From: an uncultured Planctomycetota bacterium
GTDB taxonomy: Bacteria > Planctomycetota > Planctomycetia > Isosphaerales > Isosphaeraceae
DNA: 64,000 bases
Assembly: GCA_963823665.1 (NCBI GenBank)
Contig: CAWGMQ010000006.1
Coordinates: 32,001-96,000, forward strand
Direction: 5' to 3'
Numbering within the stretch: the stretch's first letter is position 1; every line of letters begins with the position of its first letter. Both the position numbers and the translations under genes were made by a program. Below, one piece after another: positions 22,439 to 32,669 of the stretch. The notes under the pieces were generated by a model that saw only the letters and a program-made list of their open reading frames with translations, made no database searches and was not told the origin of the DNA.

Positions 22439-24133
22439 ATGGTGAGCGAAGCCAAGATCGCGGCCAACCGTAGGAACGCCACAAAAAGCTGCGGGCCGAA
22501 GACCGAAGCTGGTAAGAATGCCGCACGATTCAATGCACTCAAGCATGGTCTGACGGCGGAAATTGCCATGTTGCCGGAGGAGGATGCGGCGGTTTATGAC
22601 TCGTGGCGGAGTGATTGGTTTGACGTGTACAAGCCGCGAAACGGTTTGGAAGCGGCCAAGGTTGAGCGTAGTTTCTACTTATGGTGGCAGCTCGGGCGGA
22701 TTGCACGCGCACAGTCGGCGCAGCTCTGCGAGAAAGCTCGGACGGCCGAAGGTGAACGGCAGGCGAGTGAAGCGCGAGAGACGATCGAGCTTTCGATCCA
22801 GCTCTTTCTGCCGACCCCAGAGGCTCGCTGGGGGACTGCTGAGAATTCGAAGCGGGCGGGGGAGAGGGACAAGGCACCCGGGACGCGCGATCGAGGTTTT
22901 GAGCATCCTGCACTGATCGAGAGCCGGCTGGAAGAACTGGAGGACGGCTGCCGGTGGCTTCACGCGCAGTGGAAGGAGGAAGCCGCGATTCTCGAAGCAG
23001 GCAAAGCTTGGGGGGCGATCGAGTGCTTCAAGGCGATCAGGCTGATGGGAATGCATGTCCTCTCTGCTATCGATCTCACCGAGGTGGCCGATTTCCTGCG
23101 CCCGTGCGTGGCACTGGCCGGAAAGGGAATCGGGCTGGCGAGGGAGACATGGACGCTGCTTGCTCCGCCCGAAGCCGAGCGAGGCTGGGAGGTGGTGCGC
23201 GGGCAGTTGGAACCAGATAACGCGTTGCCAATGAGCGCGGATGAAGCGAGGGAATGGTTACGCGAGACTGTCGAACAGCAGATCGCGCGGCTGGCGGAGA
23301 AAATCGAGGAGCACGAAAGCGTCGCCGAGGTCCACAAGGCGCTCGCGCCTAACCTGCATGCATTCGACTGGAGCCCCCTCGCCGAACGAACGCGACGGTA
23401 CGAGCGGGCCTGTCAACGAACCGTCGACCGGATCGATCGCGAGCTAGAAACACGGCCTTGGCTGTCGTCTCAGCAACTCGTGCCGCTCTCTGTCTCGTCC
23501 CGGAGGCTCAGCCCGAGCTCGGTACAATCCATGCGTGCGAGACTGATGGCGCACAATGCGATGTGTGCAGCCGACGATGATGACGACGAGGTTGCGCTGC
23601 GACGAAACGAAGCCAACGGGCACCACGAATTTGATTCGACGACGAGCTTCGTCGATGACGGGAGGACGCACGTTCGCGGAGCCGAGGACGACACGCTTGG
23701 CCAGGACGAATCGATGTGGAGCGATGGTGAATCCGCGGATCGACGAAACGAAGCCAACGGGCAGGAGCGTTCGGGAGAAGCGCCGCGACGAAACGAAGCC
23801 AACGGGCACAACGGAGCTGGCCCGGTGATGGGACGAAACGAAGCCAGCGGCATGGAAGAGGGTGCGGTTGTGACGATTGAGGAGTTTGAGAGGCCGGAGC
23901 CCGGCGGAGACCCGCGCGGCGAGGGTACTGCGTTCGAGGAGACAGGTGGCGAAACACCGCAACAATCGACTGCCGTGATGTGTGAGACGCAGGCTGAGGT
24001 GATCGAGAAGCGCCACGTGGGCTCGGCGACTGTGACACGATTCAGCCTTGCTGCGGGCGTGACGCGAACCAGGGCCGATTCGCGCCGCGAGCGGCGTGCG
24101 CGGCGGCGGGAAATGCGGCAGCGAAACCGCTGA
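22439..24133 (+). CDS. Conserved hypothetical protein of the 'ANRRNA..STGPKT..GK...NALKHGL' family with C-terminal RRNEANG repeats
   Basis: AAGGAG RBS then MVSEAKIAANRRNATKSCGPKTEAGKNAARFNALKHGLTAE. Confidence 0.8.
   Translation: MVSEAKIAANRRNATKSCGPKTEAGKNAARFNALKHGLTAEIAMLPEEDAAVYDSWRSDWFDVYKPRNGLEAAKVERSFYLWWQLGRIARAQSAQLCEKARTAEGERQASEARETIELSIQLFLPTPEARWGTAENSKRAGERDKAPGTRDRGFEHPALIESRLEELEDGCRWLHAQWKEEAAILEAGKAWGAIECFKAIRLMGMHVLSAIDLTEVADFLRPCVALAGKGIGLARETWTLLAPPEAERGWEVVRGQLEPDNALPMSADEAREWLRETVEQQIARLAEKIEEHESVAEVHKALAPNLHAFDWSPLAERTRRYERACQRTVDRIDRELETRPWLSSQQLVPLSVSSRRLSPSSVQSMRARLMAHNAMCAADDDDDEVALRRNEANGHHEFDSTTSFVDDGRTHVRGAEDDTLGQDESMWSDGESADRRNEANGQERSGEAPRRNEANGHNGAGPVMGRNEASGMEEGAVVTIEEFERPEPGGDPRGEGTAFEETGGETPQQSTAVMCETQAEVIEKRHVGSATVTRFSLAAGVTRTRADSRRERRARRREMRQRNR
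23600..23850 (+). repeat. Four dispersed direct repeats CGACGAAACGAAGCCAACGGGCA
   Basis: Identical 23-mers at 23600, 23741 and 23786; variant at 23832. Confidence 0.9.
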
Positions 24134-24387
24134 CGATGCGGTTCGGAACCAACGCGGGTTGAAATCGACGGCCTGCAGGCCGCCGAGCGGCGCTCGGATC
24201 GTTCTGACGCGTGGAGAAGGACACGTTACCGGTGATCGCGAGTTCTGGCTGTGCGCACACCACCCGCCGGCCGATCGTCTGCTCTTGTTTCGGCCGGAGG
24301 TGCTGCGTAGGCTGGTGGTTCAATTGGGCGGGCTGGGCTGGGCATAACAGGAAGGGATTATTCGGGATTCAGATAATGGATAGATAC

Positions 24388-26780
24388 ATGCGAACATTTT
24401 GGTGGACGTGTGTCATTCTTCTGTCCGCGCTCCAACTCGGCAGCGCTGCGTTCGCCCAGGCGCTGCGCCGAAGCTTGCGGACTACTTCGGGTTCTTGCCG
24501 CTGGAGTTGTACAAGCTCGACAGCCGGATTGGCAACCTTCAAGTCGCAGACTTAGACGGCGACAAGATCGGCGATATCATCATCAGCAACAATGGCCGGT
24601 CGCGGATCGACATGCTGCTTTCGACCAAAAAGCCGGCGGATGACAAGGCGTCGCGGCCTTTCCGCAAAGACCCGAACGAGCTGGAATACGACCGCAGGAT
24701 GCGGCTCTCGAGCATCACGGTCAACAAGGAAGTCGTGAGCATCGATACCGGCGACTTCAACGGAGACGGCAAGCCGGACCTGGTGTTTTACGGAACGCCT
24801 GCCGAACTCACGATTCTCTTCAACGACGGCAAAGCCGGGTTCAGCGAGTCGAAGAAAATCCCGTGCGGCGATCTCGTTCAAAAGCCGAGTGCGGTGGCGG
24901 TGGGGGACCTGGATCAGGACGGGCGCGACGACATCGCGATGCTGGGCGACAAGGAGCTGTCGTTCGTTTATCAGACGGCCACGGGCGTCTTGAGCGAGCC
25001 CGAGCGCGTGCCGCATACCGCGAGCTCGCCCTGGTTGATCAAGGCACATCGACATCGACGGCGATCACGCGAAAGACATTGTGATCGTCGACACGGAGGG
25101 CGACCACCCGATCCATATCCGGTTCTCGACCGACGAGAAGAAGCTGGGGCCGGAACAGCGATTTGCGCTGGACATGCCGCACGCGATCGCGTTTGGCCAG
25201 ATGGACGGCAAAGGGGGCTCGGAGATCCTGGTCCTCGAGGGACAGTCGGGCAGGGCGCGGGTGCTTTCGCTCGACCAGTCCGCGGCCGACGAGAGCAACA
25301 AGCGCGGACGGCTGGCTTTTTTTGCACTGCCGCAGGGGAACGAGCGCGGGAGGTCGACTGACGTCGGCGACTTGAACGGCGACAAGCGCAAGGACGTGAT
25401 CGTCACCGATCCTGCCAATGCGCAAGTTTGGGTTTATCTTCAGACCGGCCATTCGGGGCTCTCCTCGGGCCAGACTTTTCCCAGCCTGGGGAACGCCCGC
25501 ACGGTCCGTATTCTGCAAGGAAGTGACGGCAAAGCGGAGGTGTACGTCCTCTCCGAACAGGAAAAGCAAATCGGCCGGAGCACATTTGAGAATGGGCGAT
25601 TGAGTTTTCCGGCGCCTGTGGCGCTTGAAGGCGACCCGGTGGCGATGGACGTGGCGGACCTGGACGGCGACAAGACGCCCGAGATTGTTTAGTATCGCCA
25701 AGTATGTCGTCGCACCCGAAGCCCGGCACGGACGTCGATTCATTCGAGCTGAGGGCACTCACGCGAGGGCCGGACGGCGAGATGAAGTCGAAGCGGTGGG
25801 GGCAGGCTGCTTCGGTGCAACTCGCCGGCGTGACGGCGGCTCCCTCGGCGATCAAGGCTGTTGACATCAATCAGGATGGGCGAAGCGACTTGCTGCTTTT
25901 CAGGGATTACGGGTCGCCGACGCTGGTCTTGAGCGAAAAAGACGGTCCGCCGCGGATCTTCACGGCGAGCCTGGGACCCCTCTCAACGGCTGGCGCCGGC
26001 GGGCGTGAGCATCATGAATCTGGACGGGCCGGCGACGCTCGTGGCACAGAATACGTTTGCGCGCCGGGTGCTGCTCGACACGTGACGGACTCTGGAAGAT
26101 CAAGGACCAGTACAACGCCGGACGAAACTCGGCCAGGATTCTGGGAGCGGCCGCTCTGGATACCGACGGCGACGGCACCAAGGAGATCGCGCTGCTCGAC
26201 CAACCGTCGCGGTCGCTCTTGTTCCTCTCGAACAAGAACGGCGTTTATCGGCCCAGCGGCACACTCTCGGTGGGCTCGATCGAACTTCGCGGGGATGCAC
26301 GTTGCAGACCTCGATTCGGATGGACGAGACGATCTTTTGATTGCGGGGACCGACCGGTTCGGTGTGCTGCAGACCGGGCTTCACGGGCAGCGATTGAAAT
26401 CGATCGCCACGTATGAATCCAAGCGCACCGACGCCAAACTGGCCGACCTCGCCGCCGGCGATTTGAACGCGGACGGGACGCCGGACGTGGTCTTCACGGA
26501 CATCGGCGAGCAGTCGATCGAGATTGCGAGCTTCGCCGGGGACCCGGAGCTGGTCTCCGGCATCACCTTCAAACTGTTTGAGCGCAAGTCGTTCCGTAAC
26601 GCAGCGGAGACGATCGAGCCGCGCGACATGGCGATTGGCGACGTGGACGGCGACGGCCGGCTGGACATCATTCTGATCATTCACGATCGAGTGGTCGTGT
26701 TGCGTCAAGACGCGGGAAAGCCCGGGGCCAAGCCAGGCGGGGCCGCGAGCAAGCCGGCGACGGCGGCGGTGCCGAAGTAG
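24388..26780 (+). CDS. Secreted FG-GAP/VCBS repeat (Ca-binding beta-propeller) protein; several frameshifts
   Basis: Signal peptide MRTFWWTCVILLSAL; many DLDGD/DFNGDG motifs spread over ORFs 24399, 25081, 25704 and 26057. Confidence 0.85.
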
Positions 26781-26982
26781 GACGTCGACACGGGGACGGA
26801 CGTCCTTCTATTTTCCGACTCGAAATCCCTCCCTCCTTGCGCATTTCGCGGGGATGCTCTGACTTCGCCGCGCTGATCTTGACGAATTGGGCAATCGTCG
26901 CAATACAGGGACGCGATATTGTCTTGCCGGAATCGGCTTAGCGGTTGGCCTGGATGAGCCGGGTCGAGTGAGGAGGCCAGGG

Positions 26983-28414
26983 ATGGCGGCAGCGGTAGGG
27001 ACGCGGCAGGAAACACAGTGGTGGGGATATGCCGGCGCGGCGGCGATGCTGCTCCTGGCGTTCCTGTTTCCGATCGGCCTGATGATCTTTAACCCGACAC
27101 TGATGTTCGCGCGGGTGGGAGCAATATGTCGGGACGGCGATCTATTTCTGGGCTGTTCTGACCTTGAGCCGCGAGCTGCATCGGCTGTGGAAGAACGAAA
27201 GGGCGTTTCCGGAGGCGCCGCGGTTGCTCAAACGGCTGACGGACGGGGCGGCGGGCGGTGGGTCGGCTGGCGGGGGGACGGAGGGAAGACCTTTCGCGGA
27301 GCGAAAGGCGACAATGGGGAGCGCTGGCAGTGGTGCGTCGGATGCCGGGAGCGCGCGTGTCGATGCGGTTCCGGGAGTACTCTCGGACCGGATTCGACAG
27401 TTGGCGGGGTGCTTGAAGGAGAATTCGCGGCCGTCGGTGACGCAACTCATGGAGGTGAACCGAGAGAGCTCCGGGCTCGATCAGGAGCAGATGGCGGGTC
27501 GATTCACGTTGACTCGCTATATCCTCTATCTTCTTCCGGTGATTGGCTTTATCGGCACGGTCGAGGGAATCTCGCGCGCCTTGATGAATATCAGCAAGGT
27601 GCTACCGATGGTGAAGAACCTCGATGGATTCCTGACGAATTTGACGAGCGTGACGGCGGCATTGCAGATTGCGTTTGACAGCACGCTGCTGGCGCTTTTC
27701 TTGAGCGCGGCGCTCATGCTGGTGCAGACGCTCGTACATCGGCGAGCGGAGGATCTGCTGGCCCGGGTCGACCGGTGGGTGGTGGACCATTTGTTGCCGA
27801 GGGTCGGTACGGACGATCCTGTGTCGAGCAGGCTGATCGAAGTGATCGGGCCGTATGTGGATGAGCTGGGGAAGAAGCTGGCGCTCGTGATCGAGCCGGC
27901 TGCGCGTTCGTTGCATGAACAGGCTGAAAAGCTGGGTGAGAGCCTGCGAGGGCCGATCACGCATTTCGCCAGCGGAGTCGAGCGGCTACCGGCGGCACTG
28001 GCGTCGTTTCGAGAGGGGGCCGACGCCATCGGGCGCGTCGGCAGTGACCTCGAGGCCATTGGATCGGCCAGCGAATCGCTTTCGCGATCGTCGACGAGCT
28101 TGTCACGGATCGAGCTTGTGCTGGCCAAGTGGCCATCGACGGATCCACGTCTTGAAGAAATCCAGCGGGGGATCGAGCGAACGGGCACGGCGATCGAGTC
28201 GCTGGCGGGCTCGTGGTCGGCCGCGTATGAACGCTCGAGCCGGGCCACTCAGGAGCAGCTTGCTCACAGCTTGACTAACCTCAAGGATGCGCTGGAGATG
28301 CTGAACGTGAGCATGGAGCAAGGGAACGCGCTGTATCGAAGCATCGTCAAGAAGCTGTTCGACGAGCGCAGCGAGACGGGACCGCAACGAGGCGATTCCA
28401 TTCGCGTGGCGTGA
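26983..28414 (+). CDS. MotA/TolQ/ExbB-family channel protein with ~200-aa helical C-terminal tail; frameshift near 27110
   Basis: LLPVIGFIGTVEGIS...LQIAFDSTLLALFLS stator signature; N-terminal TMs; GAGGAGG upstream of ATG 26983. Confidence 0.85.
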
Positions 28415-28453
28415 TTCGATGCGGTAACGAGAAGTCTGACGGGAGGCACGGCG

Positions 28454-29242
28454 ATGCGGCGGTCGCGGCGAGGCGGGGGCTCGGGCGTCGAGTTTGGCAG
28501 TTCCGGCGAAGACTCGTTCGTCGCGGTGGTCGTCACCAAACTGACCGGTGCGCTTTTGTTCATATTGCTTCTGACGATGGTCATCATGGCGCTGTTACCC
28601 AAAGCGGTGGACCTTGACGAGCGGAAGAACCAGACATCGGAATCGGGGAGTCAGAAAGGGCGGGGGCCGCTCAGGATTGCGACGCCCCCGCGACTACCCG
28701 AAGCGATTGCCGGGCGGGCGTACCTCGTGGCGCTGGCGGCGAGTGGCGGCAGCGGGCCGCCGGACTGGTCGGCTACTGGGGCACTGCCGGGCTGGCTGAG
28801 CCTGGATCGAGAAACCGGCCGCATCGGCGGCACGCCACCCGAGGAGACCAAGGAGCCGCTCGAATTTGAAGTCCAGGTGAGCGACGGAGGCGACACCGAC
28901 TCAGTTAAATTTGGGCTCACGGTCTTGCCTTATCAATCGGAACCGGTTCGTGTGTGGAAACGACTGGTGAACGGCGTTCACTGGAGCGCGTGGCTTGAAC
29001 AGGGAGTCGGGTTCCTGGTGCTGTGGCTGGTGCACCTGGTCGGGATGAACCTCCTGGCGAACGCGGAACGCGGATCAGTTGCTGAGATCGCCGAATTCGA
29101 GAATTCCGAGAGTGAGCAAGGTGTTGTGCGAAAGCGGTTTGCGCGCTACCGGTTGATCGTTCGGGTGGTGAGTCTGGCGGCGATGCTGGCGCTCTTGGGA
29201 TGGCTGTTGGCTGCTCCCATGCTGGCTCCCACTTCGGGGTGA
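28454..29242 (+). CDS. Membrane protein with ExbD/MotB-like N-terminal TM, putative Ig (He_PIG-like) domain and two C-terminal TMs
   Basis: EDSFVAVVVTKLTGALLFILLL; LPEAIAGRAY..ASGG..W...GALPGWLSLD..TGRIGGTP. Confidence 0.75.
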   Translation: MRRSRRGGGSGVEFGSSGEDSFVAVVVTKLTGALLFILLLTMVIMALLPKAVDLDERKNQTSESGSQKGRGPLRIATPPRLPEAIAGRAYLVALAASGGSGPPDWSATGALPGWLSLDRETGRIGGTPPEETKEPLEFEVQVSDGGDTDSVKFGLTVLPYQSEPVRVWKRLVNGVHWSAWLEQGVGFLVLWLVHLVGMNLLANAERGSVAEIAEFENSESEQGVVRKRFARYRLIVRVVSLAAMLALLGWLLAAPMLAPTSG

Positions 29243-29449
29243 AGGCCCTGACTGGCGGGAACTTGGCGATTGCTTCTTGTGGGCGCGGTCCCTGCACGTC
29301 AGAATAATCTTGGTGAATTTTTGGAAGTAGTCAGGCCCGAACTGTCTGAACTGCCGCTACTTTCACTAATAATGCACAACGAGGGCCTCGGCGTTTCGAG
29401 GGCACCCGGAACCAGGAAGCTAATCGGCGTCGAGCCAGAGGAGTTTGTG

Positions 29450-30877
29450 ATGGCACGACTTAAATTGACGATCATCACAACCGCGACATTCTTAACATTG
29501 GCGGCCTGCGCGTTGACCTCGCTTGCCCAACAGCAGCAGCAGCCGGGAGGTCAGCAGCAGGGCGGTGGCCGTGGCGGGCCAGGTGGTGGCAGAGGCGGGC
29601 CTGGTGGCGGGTTCGGCGGCGGGTTCGGCGGCGGGGGCTTCAATAGCCTTCTGGGTTTGGCGTCGAACGAGGGCATTCAGAAGGCCGAGCTGAAGACGAC
29701 CGACAAGCAGAAGGCCGCGATCAAGGGGATTTCGGATAAGATCGCCGCCAAGACGCGTGAGCTCACGACGGCAATGGGATTCGGCGGCGGCGGGCCGGGT
29801 GGCTTCTTTGGCGGCGGGCCGGGTGGTGGTCCGGGCGGCGGCGGTAACGGTGGTGGTGGTGGCAATAACAATGGCCAAGGTGGAGGCCGCCGAGGAGCCC
29901 AGAATGGTGGGAACGGTGGCGGCGGCGGTGGGAACGGCGGCGGCGGAAATGGCGGCGGCGGTGGTGGAAATGGCGGTGGCCGTGGCGGTCGTTTCAACAT
30001 GACGCCGGAGCAGCAGGAACAGATGCAAGAGTTCCGGGATACGATGACGCAGCTTCGCACGTCTGCCGAGCAAAGCCTGGGCAAGATCCTGGACAAAAAG
30101 CAGGTGGCGCGTCTGAAGCAGATTCAGCTCCAACTTGACCCTTCGGGACCGTGGATCGTTCTGCGAGAAGACATGATCGAGAAGCTGAACCTGACGGAGG
30201 AGCAGGTGGCCCAGCTCACCGAGATGCGCGACGGCCAGCGGCAAGTCGAGCGGGACATGCGGAAGACGAACCGGGAGGCGATGGACGCCGCGATGAAGAA
30301 GGCTAATCCCGATTTCCAGGGGTTTGGGTTTAACGGCGGCAATCGCGGCAACCGCGGCAATCGCGGGAACAACAACGGAAACGCCGGGAATGCCGGCGGA
30401 AATAACGGCGGAGGCCAGAACGGTAATCGGGGCAACCAGCAGCAATTTGACCCCGCAGCGTTCCAGAAGATGCGGGACGAAATGCAGAAGATGAATGAGA
30501 TGCCGGAGGTCAAGGAGGAAAGAGAGAAGCAGCAAGCGAAGCAGAAAGCCCTGGAAAACGATTCTTACGCAATGATCACCAAGGCGCTGTATCCGCGTCA
30601 GCGAGCGACGCTCAAGAGTTTGGTCGGCCCGACGTTTGACCGAACCGTCATGGGTGGTGGTGGGCCCTTTGGTAGATTCGGCGGTGGTGGACCCGGCGGC
30701 GTGACAAAGAACGGCGGGGCCACGAACGGCCAGGCTGCTGCGAAAGCGAATCCCGAAGACGAAGACGAGGCGCCTGCCGCCACGGCGGCGCCGCCGAAGC
30801 CAGCGGCCCCGGCCAAGCCGGCGGCGACATCTCCGAAACGAAAGAGTCTTCGCGAGCTGCGCGGGGACGACGAGTGA
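29450..30877 (+). CDS. Secreted Gly/Asn-rich protein with Spy/CpxP-like helical (LTxxQ) segments
   Basis: Signal peptide MARLKLTIITTATFLTLAACALTSLA; ILDKKQVARLKQIQLQ, KLNLTEEQ; long GGN/GGF tracts. Confidence 0.8.
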   Translation: MARLKLTIITTATFLTLAACALTSLAQQQQQPGGQQQGGGRGGPGGGRGGPGGGFGGGFGGGGFNSLLGLASNEGIQKAELKTTDKQKAAIKGISDKIAAKTRELTTAMGFGGGGPGGFFGGGPGGGPGGGGNGGGGGNNNGQGGGRRGAQNGGNGGGGGGNGGGGNGGGGGGNGGGRGGRFNMTPEQQEQMQEFRDTMTQLRTSAEQSLGKILDKKQVARLKQIQLQLDPSGPWIVLREDMIEKLNLTEEQVAQLTEMRDGQRQVERDMRKTNREAMDAAMKKANPDFQGFGFNGGNRGNRGNRGNNNGNAGNAGGNNGGGQNGNRGNQQQFDPAAFQKMRDEMQKMNEMPEVKEEREKQQAKQKALENDSYAMITKALYPRQRATLKSLVGPTFDRTVMGGGGPFGRFGGGGPGGVTKNGGATNGQAAAKANPEDEDEAPAATAAPPKPAAPAKPAATSPKRKSLRELRGDDE

Positions 30878-30931
30878 GTCAGCCAGGGGCGTTTTCCTCG
30901 GCCCAGTGTTGTACCAAATAACCCAGCAGTC

Positions 30932-30970
30932 ACGGCCCTTCCAGGGCAAAATCCCTGGAAGGGCCGTTTT
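30932..30970 (+). terminator. Rho-independent terminator-like hairpin
   Basis: Perfect 15-bp stem acggcccttccaggg / ccctggaagggccgt followed by a T-run, downstream of the 30877 stop. Confidence 0.75.
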
Positions 30971-31090
30971 CGTTGTGGGGGGATCTGGTCTTCCCACGAC
31001 TTGGCATTGCACGTATAAGTTGCCGTGGGTGTCGCCCTGAATGGCTTTTCGTCATTCCGGGACGGTGATCCGCCCGGGCATGGCACACTG

Positions 31091-31165
31091 GCCACTGGCG
31101 GAGCCAGTGGCACGTGGCACCCATCCGGCAACTTCGGCGCACGGCACACGGAGTGTGCCTGCTAC
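31091..31165. repeat. Two REP-like hairpins with GGA loops
   Basis: gccactggc-GGA-gccagtggc; ggcacac-GGA-gtgtgcctgctac, which recurs at 37888-37910. Confidence 0.8.
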
Positions 31166-31278
31166 ACCGGAACAGCGGCGGAGCCAGTGCGTCACACCGC
31201 AGTCGCGTGAATTTGCGTGGGTTGCGCTTCGGGGCGGCGGGTGAATCGCGCGGGCGTGCCGATCGCGCGGGGGGTGGA

Positions 31279-31953
31279 ATGATGCGTGCGGGTCGGAGGC
31301 TCGTTGTCCCCTTTGTTCTCCTGGGCTGCTTACTCGTTCCGGTCTCGAAGGGAACCGCGTTTGGCGCCGAGCCGCTGGATGACCGGCTGGGAGTGCGTAC
31401 GCCGCTGCTCTTTCTCTTGGTCCGGTCAGACATCCAAAAGGATCTCGGGCTCGAGCCGACCAAAATCGCCGAGGTTAATCGGTTTGCCGCAATGCTGTAC
31501 GGCAGGGCGCTCGGGTTGAAGGGCAAGTCCGGCCCCGGAGTGGTCGCCGCACGGCGGGCAATTGATGAAGCGGGTAGCGAATGGCTGAGCAAGTATTTGA
31601 CGCCCGAACAGCGCGAGCGGCTGGGCCAGATCGACCTCCAGTGGGAGGGAGTCTCTGCGCTGCTCAGCCGGCCAGTCGTCATCGACTTCCTGGGACTGAC
31701 GGATGAGCAGCGGGATCAGGTGTCGCGAGTCTATGGCGATCGGATGAAAGCTCGCGTTCGACAGGGTCCGTTGACTTACGAGGAACACATCGAGATCACG
31801 AGGAAAGCGATCGCAGTCCTTACCGACAAGCAGAAGCGTCTCTGGGCGAAGGTTCTGGGACGGCCGTGCCGGTTTGCGATCGGAGCCGACACGCCGGCAC
31901 AAGCTCGGCCATCGGGTGGTCAAAAAGCGACCGAGGCTGCTGGTCGAGGCTAA
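31279..31953 (+). CDS. Secreted hypothetical helical protein (LTxxQ-like)
   Basis: Signal peptide; LTPEQRERLGQIDLQWEG, LGLTDEQ, LTDKQ..W..VLG. Confidence 0.75.
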   Translation: MMRAGRRLVVPFVLLGCLLVPVSKGTAFGAEPLDDRLGVRTPLLFLLVRSDIQKDLGLEPTKIAEVNRFAAMLYGRALGLKGKSGPGVVAARRAIDEAGSEWLSKYLTPEQRERLGQIDLQWEGVSALLSRPVVIDFLGLTDEQRDQVSRVYGDRMKARVRQGPLTYEEHIEITRKAIAVLTDKQKRLWAKVLGRPCRFAIGADTPAQARPSGGQKATEAAGRG

Positions 31954-32438
31954 GGCGCGGCGGCCGGCGCGCGAACGCGGAAGCGGAAGTCGCAATGCGA
32001 GGCGCCTTCCATGATCGTCTGAGTGCGCGTGAGCTCGATGTCGGGGTTGAAGCCTTGGATCAAGGCGTAGTCGCGCTGGCATGACAAGGTGCCGCCGAGG
32101 TCTGCTAATCCGAGTGCGTTATACATTTCGGCGTATCGGCAGCGAGTGACGTTGAACGAGAGGCGATCGGGGGATTTTTCGAGCACGTCGATCTCGAGCG
32201 CTCCGTTCTCTTTCCAGCGGTCGAGCCCTTGTGCGAAGGCCTCGAGCGTGTGCTCGCCGACGGCCCGGGCAAGCTCGCTGCCGGCATTGCGGGCGAGATC
32301 GTGGATCAGGTTGCGGACGATTTCCAGCGTGCGCGCATCGCCGAGTTCCGTCGCGAAGGCGCGGATGAGCGGTCCGACAATCCGGGCCTCGATCTCGCGC
32401 TGGTCAATCAACGGCAGCTTGGGCTTGGCGGGATCCAT
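31950..32438 (-). CDS. L-2-amino-thiazoline-4-carboxylic acid (ATC) hydrolase family protein
   Basis: FNVTRCRYAEMY..LG..LSC.RD...LTRTQTIMEGASHCDF. Confidence 0.9.
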   Translation of the reverse strand: MDPAKPKLPLIDQREIEARIVGPLIRAFATELGDARTLEIVRNLIHDLARNAGSELARAVGEHTLEAFAQGLDRWKENGALEIDVLEKSPDRLSFNVTRCRYAEMYNALGLADLGGTLSCQRDYALIQGFNPDIELTRTQTIMEGASHCDFRFRVRAPAAAP

Positions 32439-32669
32439 CGGGTTACGGCTCCACGAAACGTGACGTGCCGGCGGGCGGAAAGACGCGAGACGAGCAGTGC
32501 TCGTCCGCGCTGCCGGCGCTGATTCGATTGTACAACGAAGCGAAAGGCTTGCGTTTCCACAATTTGTGTGGAATGTTTCGATTGCGACACCGTGAGGGAA
32601 CGGATCAATGTCGCCAGGGCGATCGGCAACTTGGTGTGGCAGCAGGGCTTGGCCCCGGGCGAGAGATCG

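Noticed and set aside
23600..23850. CRISPR array
   Set aside because: Only four repeats, very unequal spacers (about 118, 22, 23 bp), in frame within a CDS, no cas genes
26983..29242. Canonical Zorya or flagellar MotAB
   Set aside because: The partner lacks an OmpA-like domain; no zorC/D/E or flagellar genes are adjacent
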